Positions 9,567 through 20,226 of a stretch of 64,000 nt of DNA are shown one piece after another. The stretch comes from Chamaesiphon sp. (GTDB lineage: Bacteria > Cyanobacteriota > Cyanobacteriia > Cyanobacteriales > Chamaesiphonaceae): assembly GCA_965246715.1 (NCBI GenBank), contig CBDFFH010000012.1, forward strand, positions 96,001-160,000. The letters are read 5' to 3'. The translations under genes were made by a program, and so were the position numbers. The notes under the pieces were generated by a model, which was not told the origin of the DNA, did no database searches, and saw only the letters and a program-made list of their open reading frames with translations. Every line of letters starts with the position of its first letter. Position 1 is the first letter of the stretch.

Positions 9567-10121
9567 ATGTCCTCAATTATTAGAACTGCGTTAGAATCGG
9601 ATATTAGTGGCATCCTCGATCTTCAATCTCAAAATCTCTTATCGAACCTCGCTCAAGCCGAGTTAGGTGATGGATTTGTTACTACACCTTTTACTCCAGT
9701 TTTACTTCAGCAATTATTCCGCAATACTGGTGTGTTCGTGGCTGAAGATGGAGGTAAAATCGTTGGTTACTTACTTGCAGGTGATTGGGCATTTTTCTCG
9801 CAGTGGGAAATTTTCAAAATGATGCTCGATCGATTACCAACGCTAGAATTTCAGAGTCGAGAAATAACTAGAGAGAATAGTTTTCAGTATGGCCCGATTT
9901 GTGTCGATCGAGCTGTCCGAGGTACGACAGTTTTTCCAGATTTATTTGCCAAAATGCGATCGAGTTTCGCGCCTAAGTTTACGATCGGGATTACCTTTAT
10001 TAATAAGTTGAACCAGCGATCGTTTGCCGCACATACTCGCAAGCTCGACCTGGAAGTTATCGATGAATTTGAGCTAAATAGTAATTCATTTTATACCCTC
10101 GCCTTTTCTACAAAGTCATGA
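9567..10121 (+). CDS. GNAT family N-acetyltransferase
   Basis: GVFVAEDGGKIVGY, QYGPICVDRAVRG, NQRSFAAH; ATG at 9567 follows GAGG. Confidence 0.7.
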   Translation: MSSIIRTALESDISGILDLQSQNLLSNLAQAELGDGFVTTPFTPVLLQQLFRNTGVFVAEDGGKIVGYLLAGDWAFFSQWEIFKMMLDRLPTLEFQSREITRENSFQYGPICVDRAVRGTTVFPDLFAKMRSSFAPKFTIGITFINKLNQRSFAAHTRKLDLEVIDEFELNSNSFYTLAFSTKS

Positions 10122-10414
10122 CCGAACATCTGGCTGCTGCGAACGAGCCATCCTCAGAGCCAAATTTTATCCTGATTTGTCAGCATCTCACCTGTCGCAA
10201 ACAAGGTGCGGCAAAAGTACTTACCGCATTTAGAGCCATCCCGACACCCGAACTCAAATCTGAGGGGAGTGGTTGCTTGGGTCGATGTGGTAGTGGCCCC
10301 AACGCGATCGTTTTACCAGCCCGAATATGGTATCATCACCTTCGACCGCAAGATCTTCCCGACATAATTGCAGCTTGCACGTTACAAACTGACGATCGAT
10401 CTGTCGATGTTTGA
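10118..10414 (+). CDS. Thioredoxin-like [2Fe-2S] ferredoxin
   Basis: ICQHLTCRKQG...SGCLGRCGSGPN. Confidence 0.75.
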   Translation: MTEHLAAANEPSSEPNFILICQHLTCRKQGAAKVLTAFRAIPTPELKSEGSGCLGRCGSGPNAIVLPARIWYHHLRPQDLPDIIAACTLQTDDRSVDV

Positions 10415-10432
10415 CAACCTTAGATTTTAAAG

Positions 10433-11224
10433 ATGAAAATTGCCACCTGGAATGTCAACTCGATTCGGACGCGACTGGAGATCGTCACTGGTTGGTTGCA
10501 AGCAAATCCAGTAGATGTCCTCTGCGTTCAAGAAACTAAAGTAGTTGACGAGTTATTTCCGATCGTGGCAATTGAAGCTTGTGGCTATCACGTCTATTTT
10601 TCTGGGCAAAAGGCATATAACGGGGTGGCGATGATTAGCAAGCAACCGTTAGCTGATGTCCAAATAGGATTTGGTAGCGTACTCGCACCAGAATTAGTCG
10701 GCGATTTAGACGAGCAAAAGCGGGTAATTGCGGGGACGCTAGCTGGGGTAAGGATTGTTAATCTGTATGTCCCCAATGGTAACTCCGTAGACAGTGATAA
10801 ATACACCTACAAGCTGCGCTGGCTGGAATTATTAGGAAAGTATTTAAAAACTATAATTACGTCCGATCGCGCGTCGATTTGCGTCTGTGGGGACTTTAAT
10901 ATCGCGCTGGAAGATCTGGATATTCACAGTAAAACTATCGCAAAAGATCGCGTAATGGCAACCCCGATCGAACGCGAAACTTTACAACGATCGGTACTCG
11001 ATTTGGGGTTGCGCGATAGCTTTCGGAAATTTACAACTGAAGGCGGACATTATAGTTGGTGGGATTATCGCCAACAGGGATTCGAGCGCAATCGCGGTTG
11101 GCGGATCGACCATCTTTATTTAACCCCCGATTTATTCGATCGAGCTATTGGTTGTTCGATCGATATCGAGCCGCGTAAGTTACCTCAACCCAGCGATCAC
11201 GCACCAGTAATTCTCGAATTTTAA
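10433..11224 (+). CDS. xth: Exodeoxyribonuclease III
   Basis: MKIATWNVNS, QETK, YVPNG, GDFNIA, WRIDH, SDHAPV. Confidence 0.95.
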   Translation: MKIATWNVNSIRTRLEIVTGWLQANPVDVLCVQETKVVDELFPIVAIEACGYHVYFSGQKAYNGVAMISKQPLADVQIGFGSVLAPELVGDLDEQKRVIAGTLAGVRIVNLYVPNGNSVDSDKYTYKLRWLELLGKYLKTIITSDRASICVCGDFNIALEDLDIHSKTIAKDRVMATPIERETLQRSVLDLGLRDSFRKFTTEGGHYSWWDYRQQGFERNRGWRIDHLYLTPDLFDRAIGCSIDIEPRKLPQPSDHAPVILEF

Positions 11225-11686
11225 GCAGGAATATTGGGCATTTTAAAACTAGGTCGATTGTAAATCCGATACCTTTAACTATATATATCGCTTATCTAAG
11301 ATTATGAGTAGCCAAGATGAGTTAGCTTTAAACTGTCATCTAAGAGCGGATGTTTCTCAGGATGTTGTCGATACGCTTACTTACTTACTTAGTTGGTTAT
11401 TATCATCACTTACTAAACTTAGGATATCATTACTCTAAGCCAGTACCGATCTATTTTATTGATGGCAAAGCTTATATAGACGAAGAGGAAGGAAGAATAG
11501 AACTATCATAAATTAATCGCAAACCTTGCTTCTGTCTGCATAGCAATATTATCAGGATGAATGCCATCAGTTAGTAGCAAGAATCTGTAGTTGGGTTTCA
11601 TTCTTCAACCCAACTACCTCAACCAAAGTTTATTTCATTCATAACAAAGGCATTGCCGATTTGAAGTCAGTTTGGGAAATGTCTAA

Positions 11687-11925
11687 ACCTTGGTGCTTAG
11701 TCAGCAACCGCCCTCGAATGAATTCGGGGCTAATAGCCAAAGTTCACTGAAGTGAACTGAAAGATTTTTCTTGTGGTGTATGAAACTATCCTGCCTTTTT
11801 TAAGGCGGCTTGGATGATTGTCTAGGTTCTTATAGGCATTCAAACATCCTCTTAGTTCGTTTCAACGAACTTTCGCTATTAGCCCCAAATTCATTTGAGG
11901 GCGGTTGCTGACTAAGTACTAGGGT
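11687..11925. mobile_element. MITE/REP-like element with ~75-bp imperfect inverted arms
   Basis: Left arm ACCTTGGTGCTTAGTCAGCAACCGCCCTCGAATGAATTCGGGGCTAATAGC...; right arm is its near reverse complement; the internal module recurs at 47686-47827. Confidence 0.75.
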
Positions 11926-11983
11926 CTGGTAATTTTCATTTCACTAAAGTACGAGAGCGAAGTTGAATGTAAAATCGAGGCAG

Positions 11984-13333
11984 TTAGTTTTTACCAACCA
12001 CCTTTGCCGTCACCCCACCTTTTGGCCCTAACGTGACCCCGCGCCGGACTGGAGCGACGGGTAATTCGCCAGTCAATTTCAGTTGACAATTAGTTAGTAC
12101 CTCAAATAACACTAATTTTAGTTCTAATTGTGCCAATGCCATCCCGATACAGCGCCGACTGCCACCACCGAATGGGAAGTATTCATACGGCGAAAATTGA
12201 CGGGTTAAAAAGCGTTCTGGCTTAAACGCATCGGGTTCGGGATAGATATCTTCGCGATGGTGTGCCAGATAAATGCACCCGACCACTATTGTATTTGCCG
12301 GGATGTCATATCCTTGCAGCGATACTGGTTCCTTGGTCAAACGCGGAAATGTTAACATTCCCACTGGATAAATCCGTAAAGTCTCCGAGCAAACCGCACT
12401 TAAGTACGGCAATTTATTAATCGCCATTGCATCTGCTTGTGGGTCTAATGTTGCGATTTCTGCTAGTAATTTTTCTTTGACTTCAGGTAGATAATTGACC
12501 CAATAAATCGCCCAAGCTAACGCGGTGGCTGTAGTTTCATGTCCGGCAAATAGTAGCGTCATCAATTCATCGCGTAGCTCTACATCGGTCATCCCATTCC
12601 CGTCGGCATCTTGAGAATCGATTAATAAACTGAGAATATCCGCTCGATTCGATCGATCTTCAGCGCGACGCTCGGCAATTTCAGCATAGATTAAGCGATC
12701 GAGTAATTCGCGCCCGCGCAAGAATTTACCCCACGGACTCCATGCCCCCAAATCTAATTGTAAAGCGGGTAAGAATAGCAGCGCCGAACTTAGGGGCGAC
12801 TCCACCAAAGAGAGAATAGCGATTAATTTATCGCGGATCTCATCGTAACGATCGCCGCGATACAGCCCAAATACAGTTTGTAAAATAATCGATAGTGAAA
12901 TCGATTGCATTTGCTCGCGGACATTAATAGTTTCACCGACTTGCCAGTTGGCGATCTTTTCTTGGGTAATTTTCCGCATCAAATCGGTATACAGCCGTAC
13001 CTTATCGCCATGAAATGACGGCATTACTAGCTGTCGACGTTGACGATGTTTGTCGCCATCCAATAAAATAACCCCATTACTACCGATAAACGGTTGGAGG
13101 ATTTGATTCGTTTCGCCTGGAGCCGAAAACTGCTTGGTATCGCTAGTTAATAACTGTTGAATTGCTGCGGGACTACTAATAAAGATTGCGCCCTCGAATC
13201 CCCCAGTCATATTCACGGTAAAAATCTCGCCACATTCCCGATCGTATTTGTGCAAAAATTCCAATGGAGTCATAATCCAATCCCACAATTGGAGGAAATT
13301 GGGTGCATTCACGCTCGGTGGCAGAGTCATCAT
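11984..13333 (-). CDS. Cytochrome P450 (CYP110-like)
   Basis: AGHETTA I-helix, ETLR, PERF, FGGGSRRCIG heme-Cys motif. Confidence 0.92.
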   Translation of the reverse strand: MMTLPPSVNAPNFLQLWDWIMTPLEFLHKYDRECGEIFTVNMTGGFEGAIFISSPAAIQQLLTSDTKQFSAPGETNQILQPFIGSNGVILLDGDKHRQRRQLVMPSFHGDKVRLYTDLMRKITQEKIANWQVGETINVREQMQSISLSIILQTVFGLYRGDRYDEIRDKLIAILSLVESPLSSALLFLPALQLDLGAWSPWGKFLRGRELLDRLIYAEIAERRAEDRSNRADILSLLIDSQDADGNGMTDVELRDELMTLLFAGHETTATALAWAIYWVNYLPEVKEKLLAEIATLDPQADAMAINKLPYLSAVCSETLRIYPVGMLTFPRLTKEPVSLQGYDIPANTIVVGCIYLAHHREDIYPEPDAFKPERFLTRQFSPYEYFPFGGGSRRCIGMALAQLELKLVLFEVLTNCQLKLTGELPVAPVRRGVTLGPKGGVTAKVVGKN

Positions 13334-13410
13334 ACTGTTAACAATTTATAACTATCCATATCTATGATAGATCGACGCTCGATGTTAATGCGGGGAGGCC
13401 AAGAAGATCG

Positions 13411-14460
13411 ATGACGAACATCCAGGTGGTATTGTGTGGCTATTATGGCAAAGGTAATGGCGGTGACGAGGCATTATTAGTATCGATGTTGGAGATGCTG
13501 CCGCCGACAGTAACACCGCTAGTATTGTCAGCAAATCCCCGTGCTACGACTAAAAGCTATGGAGTCAAAAGTGCCGATCGAATGAATAGCGGTGCGGTAG
13601 TCCGCGCGCTCAGAGAGTCGCACTATTTGATTTTGGGTGGCGGCAGCTTGATCCAGGATGCCACGAGTATGCAAAGTTCGATCTATTATGGCGGCCTGAT
13701 GGGTTTAGCCAGACAGTTTGGACTCAAAACGATCGCCATCGCCCAAGGTATCGGGCCGCTCGATAAGCCACTAACGCGGTGGATTGCCAAAAATGCCTTT
13801 GCTGGCTGTACGGCAATTAGCGTCCGCGATCCTGTTTCCGCAGCATTATTAACAGATTGGGGGATCGATTGTCTCCTCGCGCCCGACCCAGTTTGGAGTA
13901 TGGATGCCACGCCAGTACCCGTCATTAGCAGCATCCCTAGTCCCAAAATCGCCGTCACCTTGCGATCGCACCCACAATTGACAAATGCCCGCTTAGACGT
14001 GCTAACTCAAGCCTTGGTGGACTTACAAGCCGCCACTGGCAGTCATATTTTACTCGTGCCCTTTCAGCCGACTACCGATGTAGCGATGGCCGAACGCATC
14101 CGATCGCAATTAACCGATAATAGCCAAGTAGTCACGCTAACAGATCCAAAACAACTCAAAGGCTTATTTCAAGGCGTAGATCTAGCGATCGGGATGCGTT
14201 ATCACAGTCTGATTATGGCAGCAGCCGAAGGTTGTAAATGTTGGGCGATTAGTTATGACCCCAAAGTTAGTAAACTGATGACAGAAATCGATCTCCCCGG
14301 CTGGGAATTAGCCGACATTCCGACTGAGTCGAACGCCATTACTCAAGCTTGGCAACAACACCTCACCACAGGTGCCGCGCTAAGTCCGACAGCCATCGAT
14401 ACACTCAACCAAAAATCCCTCGCGCATCGAGATTTACTGACTGCGGCAATTAATAGCTAA
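13411..14460 (+). CDS. csaB: Polysaccharide pyruvyl transferase CsaB
   Basis: GYYGKGNGGDEA, GGGSLIQDATS, QGIGP, SVRD, GMRYH, SYDPKV. Confidence 0.85.
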   Translation: MTNIQVVLCGYYGKGNGGDEALLVSMLEMLPPTVTPLVLSANPRATTKSYGVKSADRMNSGAVVRALRESHYLILGGGSLIQDATSMQSSIYYGGLMGLARQFGLKTIAIAQGIGPLDKPLTRWIAKNAFAGCTAISVRDPVSAALLTDWGIDCLLAPDPVWSMDATPVPVISSIPSPKIAVTLRSHPQLTNARLDVLTQALVDLQAATGSHILLVPFQPTTDVAMAERIRSQLTDNSQVVTLTDPKQLKGLFQGVDLAIGMRYHSLIMAAAEGCKCWAISYDPKVSKLMTEIDLPGWELADIPTESNAITQAWQQHLTTGAALSPTAIDTLNQKSLAHRDLLTAAINS

Positions 14461-14576
14461 TCGCTAGTAATTAAAATCCCGCAACATCTGTTACAACTTG
14501 CCTTAACCAATTAAGATATTAGTCAACTAATTGGATCTGTGTGGCAATTCATAACTCATAATTCATAATTTTATTC

Positions 14577-15689
14577 ATGTCCTCAGCAGAAAGCTTTAAC
14601 CCCGATCGATCCAAAGCAGACCAACCCAATGGTTCGCAGTCTGCACCAGCTATTGAAACTGTTTACACCACGGTAGAGTCGCAAGCCGATCGTACTGATT
14701 GGCTGACAGTAGTTAGCAATCTCCGCCATAGCGAGCGGCAATTAGTCGAACGGATTGCTAGATTAGAACAGGCGTTGGCATCTGCCAAGCAAGAACTGCA
14801 CGATCGCAAAGCAGAAAATCAGAATCATGAGATTACGATCTTGCAACATCAAGATGAATTAAAAGTAGCTCGCGATCGAGTTGGCGGATTGTTTCAACAA
14901 CTCGAAAATTCACACCAAATCGGCCAACGCCAACAACTGCTGATCGAGTCGCTCTCCCAGCAACTAGAAATCTCTCATGCTGTTATCCCGCAATTGGAAG
15001 CAGAAAACGAAGAACTCAGCCAAAAATATCGCCAACAAGCACAGAAATTAGACAAAACCGAACGAGTCGCAGTCGAACTCCATCGGCGGCTGAAATTACA
15101 GACTGGAGCAATTACTCGATCGATAGTTCCCGCCGAAAATACCAACCCAGCACCAGATCTTGCCCAACCGGAAGTAACGCCACCTGTAACTGCACCCGTA
15201 GTCGCTGAGACTGTCGATTTCGCAACTAGCGCTCCCGTCCCCACCCCGATCGAATCTCCAGCAGCAGCCCTGGCAGGAGCCATTTCCGAAGCAGCTATTT
15301 CGGAAGATCTATCGATGGAGACAACTCCAACAGCTTCCCGCTCGATTGACTCGCCGACGACACCGAGTGCCGATCGCGAGCTGCCAGCCTGGACACCATC
15401 AACCGCCGCACGTCCCCAAAAAACTATCTTATCGCCACCCCAAACCAGTTGGCGCGAAGCCATCGCCAGCAACAATTCCAAGTACCTCGATCTCCCCAAT
15501 CTCGAACCGCATAGTTTCGCGCCGAAACCCCCAGAAATAACTTATGGGGAGATCGATATCGATGAGGACGATACATCAATCGCGAAACCTTCACCAAATT
15601 GGCCGTCACCAACACTCGATCGCAATCGTCCCATCGCCAAAGCAGTCACGATCGATCTCCCGAAATTTCCCAAAAAGCAAGAAAGCTAA
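14577..15689 (+). CDS. Hypothetical protein: coiled coil + Pro-rich tail with a conserved-looking C-terminal motif
   Basis: 370-aa ORF; heptad-rich N-half; NWPSP...IDLPKFP C-terminus. Confidence 0.7.
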   Translation: MSSAESFNPDRSKADQPNGSQSAPAIETVYTTVESQADRTDWLTVVSNLRHSERQLVERIARLEQALASAKQELHDRKAENQNHEITILQHQDELKVARDRVGGLFQQLENSHQIGQRQQLLIESLSQQLEISHAVIPQLEAENEELSQKYRQQAQKLDKTERVAVELHRRLKLQTGAITRSIVPAENTNPAPDLAQPEVTPPVTAPVVAETVDFATSAPVPTPIESPAAALAGAISEAAISEDLSMETTPTASRSIDSPTTPSADRELPAWTPSTAARPQKTILSPPQTSWREAIASNNSKYLDLPNLEPHSFAPKPPEITYGEIDIDEDDTSIAKPSPNWPSPTLDRNRPIAKAVTIDLPKFPKKQES

Positions 15690-15800
15690 ATCGGTTTTGC
15701 CAAGTAGAGATGACTGAATTCGATCGATAGCTTGCTTTTACCCTATATAAATTTTTACGCATTTTATTGAATTGCAATATGAATCACTGTTGAAATTTAG

Positions 15801-15830
15801 GGTAGGGGTAATTCATGAATTACCTCTACC
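15801..15830. repeat. GTAG-type REP-like hairpin (copies at 40606-40647 and 63223-63260)
   Basis: GGTAGGGGTAATTCATGAATTACCTCTACC imperfect palindrome. Confidence 0.7.
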
Positions 15831-16029
15831 CTAATACTCCCTTCCCGCCACTGCTGTTGCGCCCCTCTCCGCCTCGGGGCGGGACTGGGGGAGGAGTCGG
15901 GAACTAGAGCGATAACAACATCTGTCTACTTAATTATCGATAAAAACTCGATCGCCAGATATCTCCGCTAACCCCTAGCCACCACCCCTGATTTCCCTGT
16001 AGAATTTGCCTAAATTGCCCCTGATAAAT

Positions 16030-16965
16030 ATGTCGAAATTCTTGTCCAAGATGGTTATGGCTGCTGCACTAGTAAGCCTCTCTGGTGCCGCGCAAGCTCA
16101 ACTCCCTTCAGCTTCGCCATCCCTTCCGCCAACTCAACCAACCCCATCGATCTCCCCATCGCCTACTCCCACAACTACTCCTACACCCACACCCACACCC
16201 TCAGCAGTTCCTTCTGGGACTCCTGCCGTAACTACTGTAGACCTAAAATTATTGAGTAAAGCGATCGGGATATTTTGGCAAGGAAGTCGCGCCCAAGGAG
16301 AATCTCAGCTTGTAATGACAATTCAGGGCAAAACTACAAATACCAAATTAGTCACGATTAATGCCACATCCAAAACGATCGCTCAAACAGGCGATAAATT
16401 TCGCTCCGAACTGACAGTATCTAAAGCAGGATCGCCATCAAAACTAACATACACGATCGTCGGTAACGGTCAAACAGTCTGGGTATATCGTCCCGATAAA
16501 CGTCAGTATGCTCAATACACTTTCTCAGCCTTTAAATCTGAATATTATTCGACATTAATCGGACTGTCTTCGGTTTTCTTTGTCAGTATGCCAGAGACAA
16601 CTCGCAAACAAATTACCGCTGGGCTTGCTACCGATAACAATCCTTTGAGTTCGATTCCACAAAGTGAAATTAAAAGCTTACAAGGTAGTAATCGGTTAGT
16701 TGACGGTCAAAATTTGTACGTTTATTCCTATGATAATAAGGAAGAAAAGTTAGCCTTTAGTGGCTTCGTTCAACCCGAAACCGGAGTTCTCAAACAAATC
16801 GAATTTGTTAGCAATGATGAGCGTGGGGATCTAAAGATAACTGAAAAAATTCTCAGCCACAAAACCAGCAATAATACCACTAGTCAAACTTTTAGATTTT
16901 CTCCACCGCGAGGGGCTAAAAAAGTTAAATCGGTATCCAGCGATTTACTTAAATTACTTCAATAA
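16030..16965 (+). CDS. Exported DUF2092/LolA-like protein with a PT-rich linker
   Basis: Signal peptide, PTPTPTP linker, NGQTVWVYRPDKRQY, FRFSPPRGAKKV. Confidence 0.65.
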   Translation: MSKFLSKMVMAAALVSLSGAAQAQLPSASPSLPPTQPTPSISPSPTPTTTPTPTPTPSAVPSGTPAVTTVDLKLLSKAIGIFWQGSRAQGESQLVMTIQGKTTNTKLVTINATSKTIAQTGDKFRSELTVSKAGSPSKLTYTIVGNGQTVWVYRPDKRQYAQYTFSAFKSEYYSTLIGLSSVFFVSMPETTRKQITAGLATDNNPLSSIPQSEIKSLQGSNRLVDGQNLYVYSYDNKEEKLAFSGFVQPETGVLKQIEFVSNDERGDLKITEKILSHKTSNNTTSQTFRFSPPRGAKKVKSVSSDLLKLLQ

Positions 16966-16990
16966 AGCTCGAATCTAATCGCTGCGATGC

Positions 16991-17025
16991 AATATCCCCG
17001 ACTTCTTCGAGAAGTCGGGGATATT
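16991..17025. terminator. Palindromic repeat between convergent genes (identical core at 25588-25620)
   Basis: AATATCCCCGACTTCTTCGAGAAGTCGGGGATATT. Confidence 0.7.
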
Positions 17026-17106
17026 TTGTTGCTAACCAATCGAAAAAATGGCTCTGTTATAGACAGAACCATCATCCCATAGGAATCCAAAATTAGGTCG
17101 ATCGTG

Positions 17107-18183
17107 TTAGCGAACTACACCTGCTTGTTTAGTCATATCGATCGGTTTAATCAGATACAAGCGGAGTAATTTTACACCCATCGACACGATTATCGGTAGA
17201 TTCTGAATCTTTTTCAAAAACTTAGGTGTGTTGGATTGTGAGGAGGCGACTAATTTTAGATAGTCTGCGGCACACTTATCTAAAGTTTGGAAGAATGCTG
17301 GACGATCTACATCCAAAATCACGGGGAATACTCGTCCCGCAGTTTTATTGGTTTCTTGGATGACTTCGATATCAAAATCGCGGCTATTCATCCCCAAAAT
17401 TCCGTAGAATTTGCTTTCTCGATCGCGGAGATACATCGTGGCAAATACCGCCAACAGGAAGAACCGACACCAGAGTTTTGCTCTCCAGTCATTCAGGAGT
17501 TGGGGTTGGGCGCGCATGAGCGCATCAAAGAAATCACCATGACGATTCTCGTCTTGGCACCAGTTATCAAAGAAATGGAAGATCGGATAGATCCGATTTT
17601 CGGGATTTGCTTCTAAGTGACGGAAAATTTTGATATAGCGCCAGTACCCAATCTTCTCTGATAGGTACACTGAGTAGAAAATAAATTTGGGTTTGAAGAA
17701 GGTGTATTTGTGATTTTGAGTCAGAAAGCCCAAATCGAGCGAGAGTCCAAAGTCGGACATCGCTTTATTAAGGAAGCCAGCATGACGCGCTTCATCTCGC
17801 GACAGGAGGTTAAAGCCTTCAGCGAGGATCGGATTCTTGTCCTTGAGCCGACGACTGAGTTCTTTGTAGAGCAAAAATCCCGAAAATTCTGAAGTGCAAG
17901 AACTTTCGAGAAACTCGATAAATATCTGCCGGGTTTCTGTTGGGAGATCGTCCCAAGAGCGATCGAATCTTTCATCCCTTACGAAGTGGGTGCGGTTATA
18001 ATCAACCCGAAATTCTTCGATAATCGCTAGCAACTCATCTTCATTGACGGAGAGATCCATTTTCGCAATCTCTTCAAAGTCGGTTGTGTAGAACCGAGGC
18101 GTAAGAAGAGTTTCTTTGGCGGGGCGTTTGACCCCTGGTCTTAATTCGTCAAATGATGTTTGTTTTGTAAGGGAATTTACCAT
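17107..18183 (-). CDS. acsF: Mg-protoporphyrin IX monomethyl ester oxidative cyclase
   Basis: [53 protein letters not shown]. Confidence 0.96.
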   Translation of the reverse strand: MVNSLTKQTSFDELRPGVKRPAKETLLTPRFYTTDFEEIAKMDLSVNEDELLAIIEEFRVDYNRTHFVRDERFDRSWDDLPTETRQIFIEFLESSCTSEFSGFLLYKELSRRLKDKNPILAEGFNLLSRDEARHAGFLNKAMSDFGLSLDLGFLTQNHKYTFFKPKFIFYSVYLSEKIGYWRYIKIFRHLEANPENRIYPIFHFFDNWCQDENRHGDFFDALMRAQPQLLNDWRAKLWCRFFLLAVFATMYLRDRESKFYGILGMNSRDFDIEVIQETNKTAGRVFPVILDVDRPAFFQTLDKCAADYLKLVASSQSNTPKFLKKIQNLPIIVSMGVKLLRLYLIKPIDMTKQAGVVR

Positions 18184-18523
18184 AGTGATTTTTTCTATAA
18201 CTAAGATCGATCGCGGGATGGCGCTTTAGAGTGAAAACTCAGCTAACACCAAGCGTTTGTTTTTAAAAAGCCTCTCGGCAGGTGGATCGATCGCCACGAT
18301 CGCTCAGATATCGATCGCCTTTACTATTGAAGTGTACCAATTCTGGGCTGATGGATCGGGATCTTTGTGTTAAGAGTTGCTAAGGATCGGGACACCCAGA
18401 CGGTTTCAAGTGGGTAGTAGTAGATCTATTATTACCGACAAGGGGCACCTCTATGATTACTGACATTACTAGATCTGCAATCTCGATCGCTGAAACTCGA
18501 CCGATTGCCGCAATAATATTGAG

Positions 18524-19321
18524 ATGCACATCGATACGCTTGCCTACACCAACCGCCTCTGTCGGCTCCCACCCGAACAAAAGCTAGGTTTTGCCCTAGT
18601 TCTATTATTTATTACGTATTTAACACCAATCCCGATCCAATTACTAATTCTCGGCTGGGTGTCGATTTGGATCGCGATCTATGCCAGGATTCCCGTTGGG
18701 GTATATCTCCGGTTGTTATGGCTGACGGCGATGTTTTGGCTCAGTAGCGTCCCCGCGATCGTGTTAAATGGGGTAGGATTTGCCGATCTAGATCGAGTTC
18801 GAGTGGATGCGCTCTGGGGTTGGCAAGTTGGCGATTATTATCTATATATCAGTCAGCATGGGTTGATTCAAGCTGGCGAACTGGGAGTACGCACGATCGC
18901 GACATCAGCTTGCATGTATCTGATTTTGCTCACCGTCCCATTTGTGGCGATGCTCGATATTTTCCGGCGCTGCGGTTGTCCGACACTACTCACCGAATTA
19001 TTATTTTTAATGTATCGGTTTATCTTCATCTTGCTCGATACTGCACAAGAACTCTGGATCGCCCAAAATGCGCGCGGTGGCTATCGTACGCGGCGATTGT
19101 GGATGCAGAGTATCGCCCTATTAGTGGGTCAATTATTACGCCGGACGATGCAAAATTATCAACAGGTATCGCTGAGTTTGGCAGCGAGGGGATTTAATGG
19201 TGAGTTTCAAGTATGGCACTCGCGATCGTATCAACCCTCGCGCCGCTATAGCTTAGAAGCCGCGATCGGTTGTACGATTCTAGTAACCTTGGCTGGATGG
19301 ATGTATGTTACTAGAGTTTGA
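18524..19321 (+). CDS. cbiQ: Cobalt ECF transporter T component
   Basis: IDTLAYTNRL, LMYRFIFIL, ARGGY, ARGFNG. Confidence 0.85.
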   Translation: MHIDTLAYTNRLCRLPPEQKLGFALVLLFITYLTPIPIQLLILGWVSIWIAIYARIPVGVYLRLLWLTAMFWLSSVPAIVLNGVGFADLDRVRVDALWGWQVGDYYLYISQHGLIQAGELGVRTIATSACMYLILLTVPFVAMLDIFRRCGCPTLLTELLFLMYRFIFILLDTAQELWIAQNARGGYRTRRLWMQSIALLVGQLLRRTMQNYQQVSLSLAARGFNGEFQVWHSRSYQPSRRYSLEAAIGCTILVTLAGWMYVTRV

Positions 19322-20153
19322 GCGCGTTAGTTATACCTACAGCGGTAGCCAGCGTCCAGCTATTGTCGATCTCTCGCTCCAAGTTCCCACTGGCAAACGC
19401 TGCGCCCTGATCGGGCAAAATGGTTGTGGGAAAACAACGCTATTTTTACTAGCAAATGGCCTATACAAACCCCAACAGGGCAAGATCTCCTGGCAACAGC
19501 AGCCGTTTAAATACGATCGATCCAACTTGATGAAACTGCGCCAGCAGGTAGGCTTAGTCTTCCAAAATCCCGAACAGCAAATCGTCGCGACGACGGTAGA
19601 AGAAGATATTTCTTACGGCTTATACAATCTTGGGTTACCTACTTCCATTGTGTCCGAACGCGTCCGCCAAGCCCTGCTCGACTTCGATCTGACCGAATTA
19701 GCCCAAACACCCATTCATCACCTCAGTCTGGGGCAAAAAAAGCGGGTGTCGATCGCGGATGTAATGGTACTCCAGCCAGAGTTACTCCTATTAGACGAAC
19801 CCACCGCTTATCTCGATCCGCGTCATACCCGCTTATTGCTCGCTACCTTGCAACAAATTCATGCCAATGGGACGACAATTCTAATGGCGACTCACGATTT
19901 GGATCTCGTCTATCGTTGGGCAGATTGGTTGCTAGTCATGGATCGGGGAAAATTAATCCTGGCTGGTACTCCGGCTGAAATCTTCAGCCAGACCGAAATT
20001 TTATCAGCCTTAGAACTTGATTTACCGATCGCGGTAGATTTATTAGTTGAAATTAAGCTATTAATCGATCGGGATAAATTGCTCGATCGAGATGCGACTC
20101 AGTTAGAGGATCTTTATCAAAAATTGCAAGCAAAGATGCGAACTTTTTCCTGA
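19305..20153 (+). CDS. cbiO: ECF transporter ATPase
   Basis: GQNGCGKTT, FQNPEQQ, LSLGQKKR, LLDEPTAYLD; overlaps cbiQ. Confidence 0.85.
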   Translation: MLLEFERVSYTYSGSQRPAIVDLSLQVPTGKRCALIGQNGCGKTTLFLLANGLYKPQQGKISWQQQPFKYDRSNLMKLRQQVGLVFQNPEQQIVATTVEEDISYGLYNLGLPTSIVSERVRQALLDFDLTELAQTPIHHLSLGQKKRVSIADVMVLQPELLLLDEPTAYLDPRHTRLLLATLQQIHANGTTILMATHDLDLVYRWADWLLVMDRGKLILAGTPAEIFSQTEILSALELDLPIAVDLLVEIKLLIDRDKLLDRDATQLEDLYQKLQAKMRTFS

Positions 20154-20226
20154 TGTTTTCATGCTAAAAATGTGTGTAAATTGCTAGTGGAGTCGGGTGG
20201 GGTTTCGATCGACTTGCACTAAGGAG

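Noticed and set aside
18183..18524. Cobalamin riboswitch upstream of cbiQ
   Set aside because: No B12-box or conserved core recognisable by eye; a covariance scan would be needed to exclude it fully
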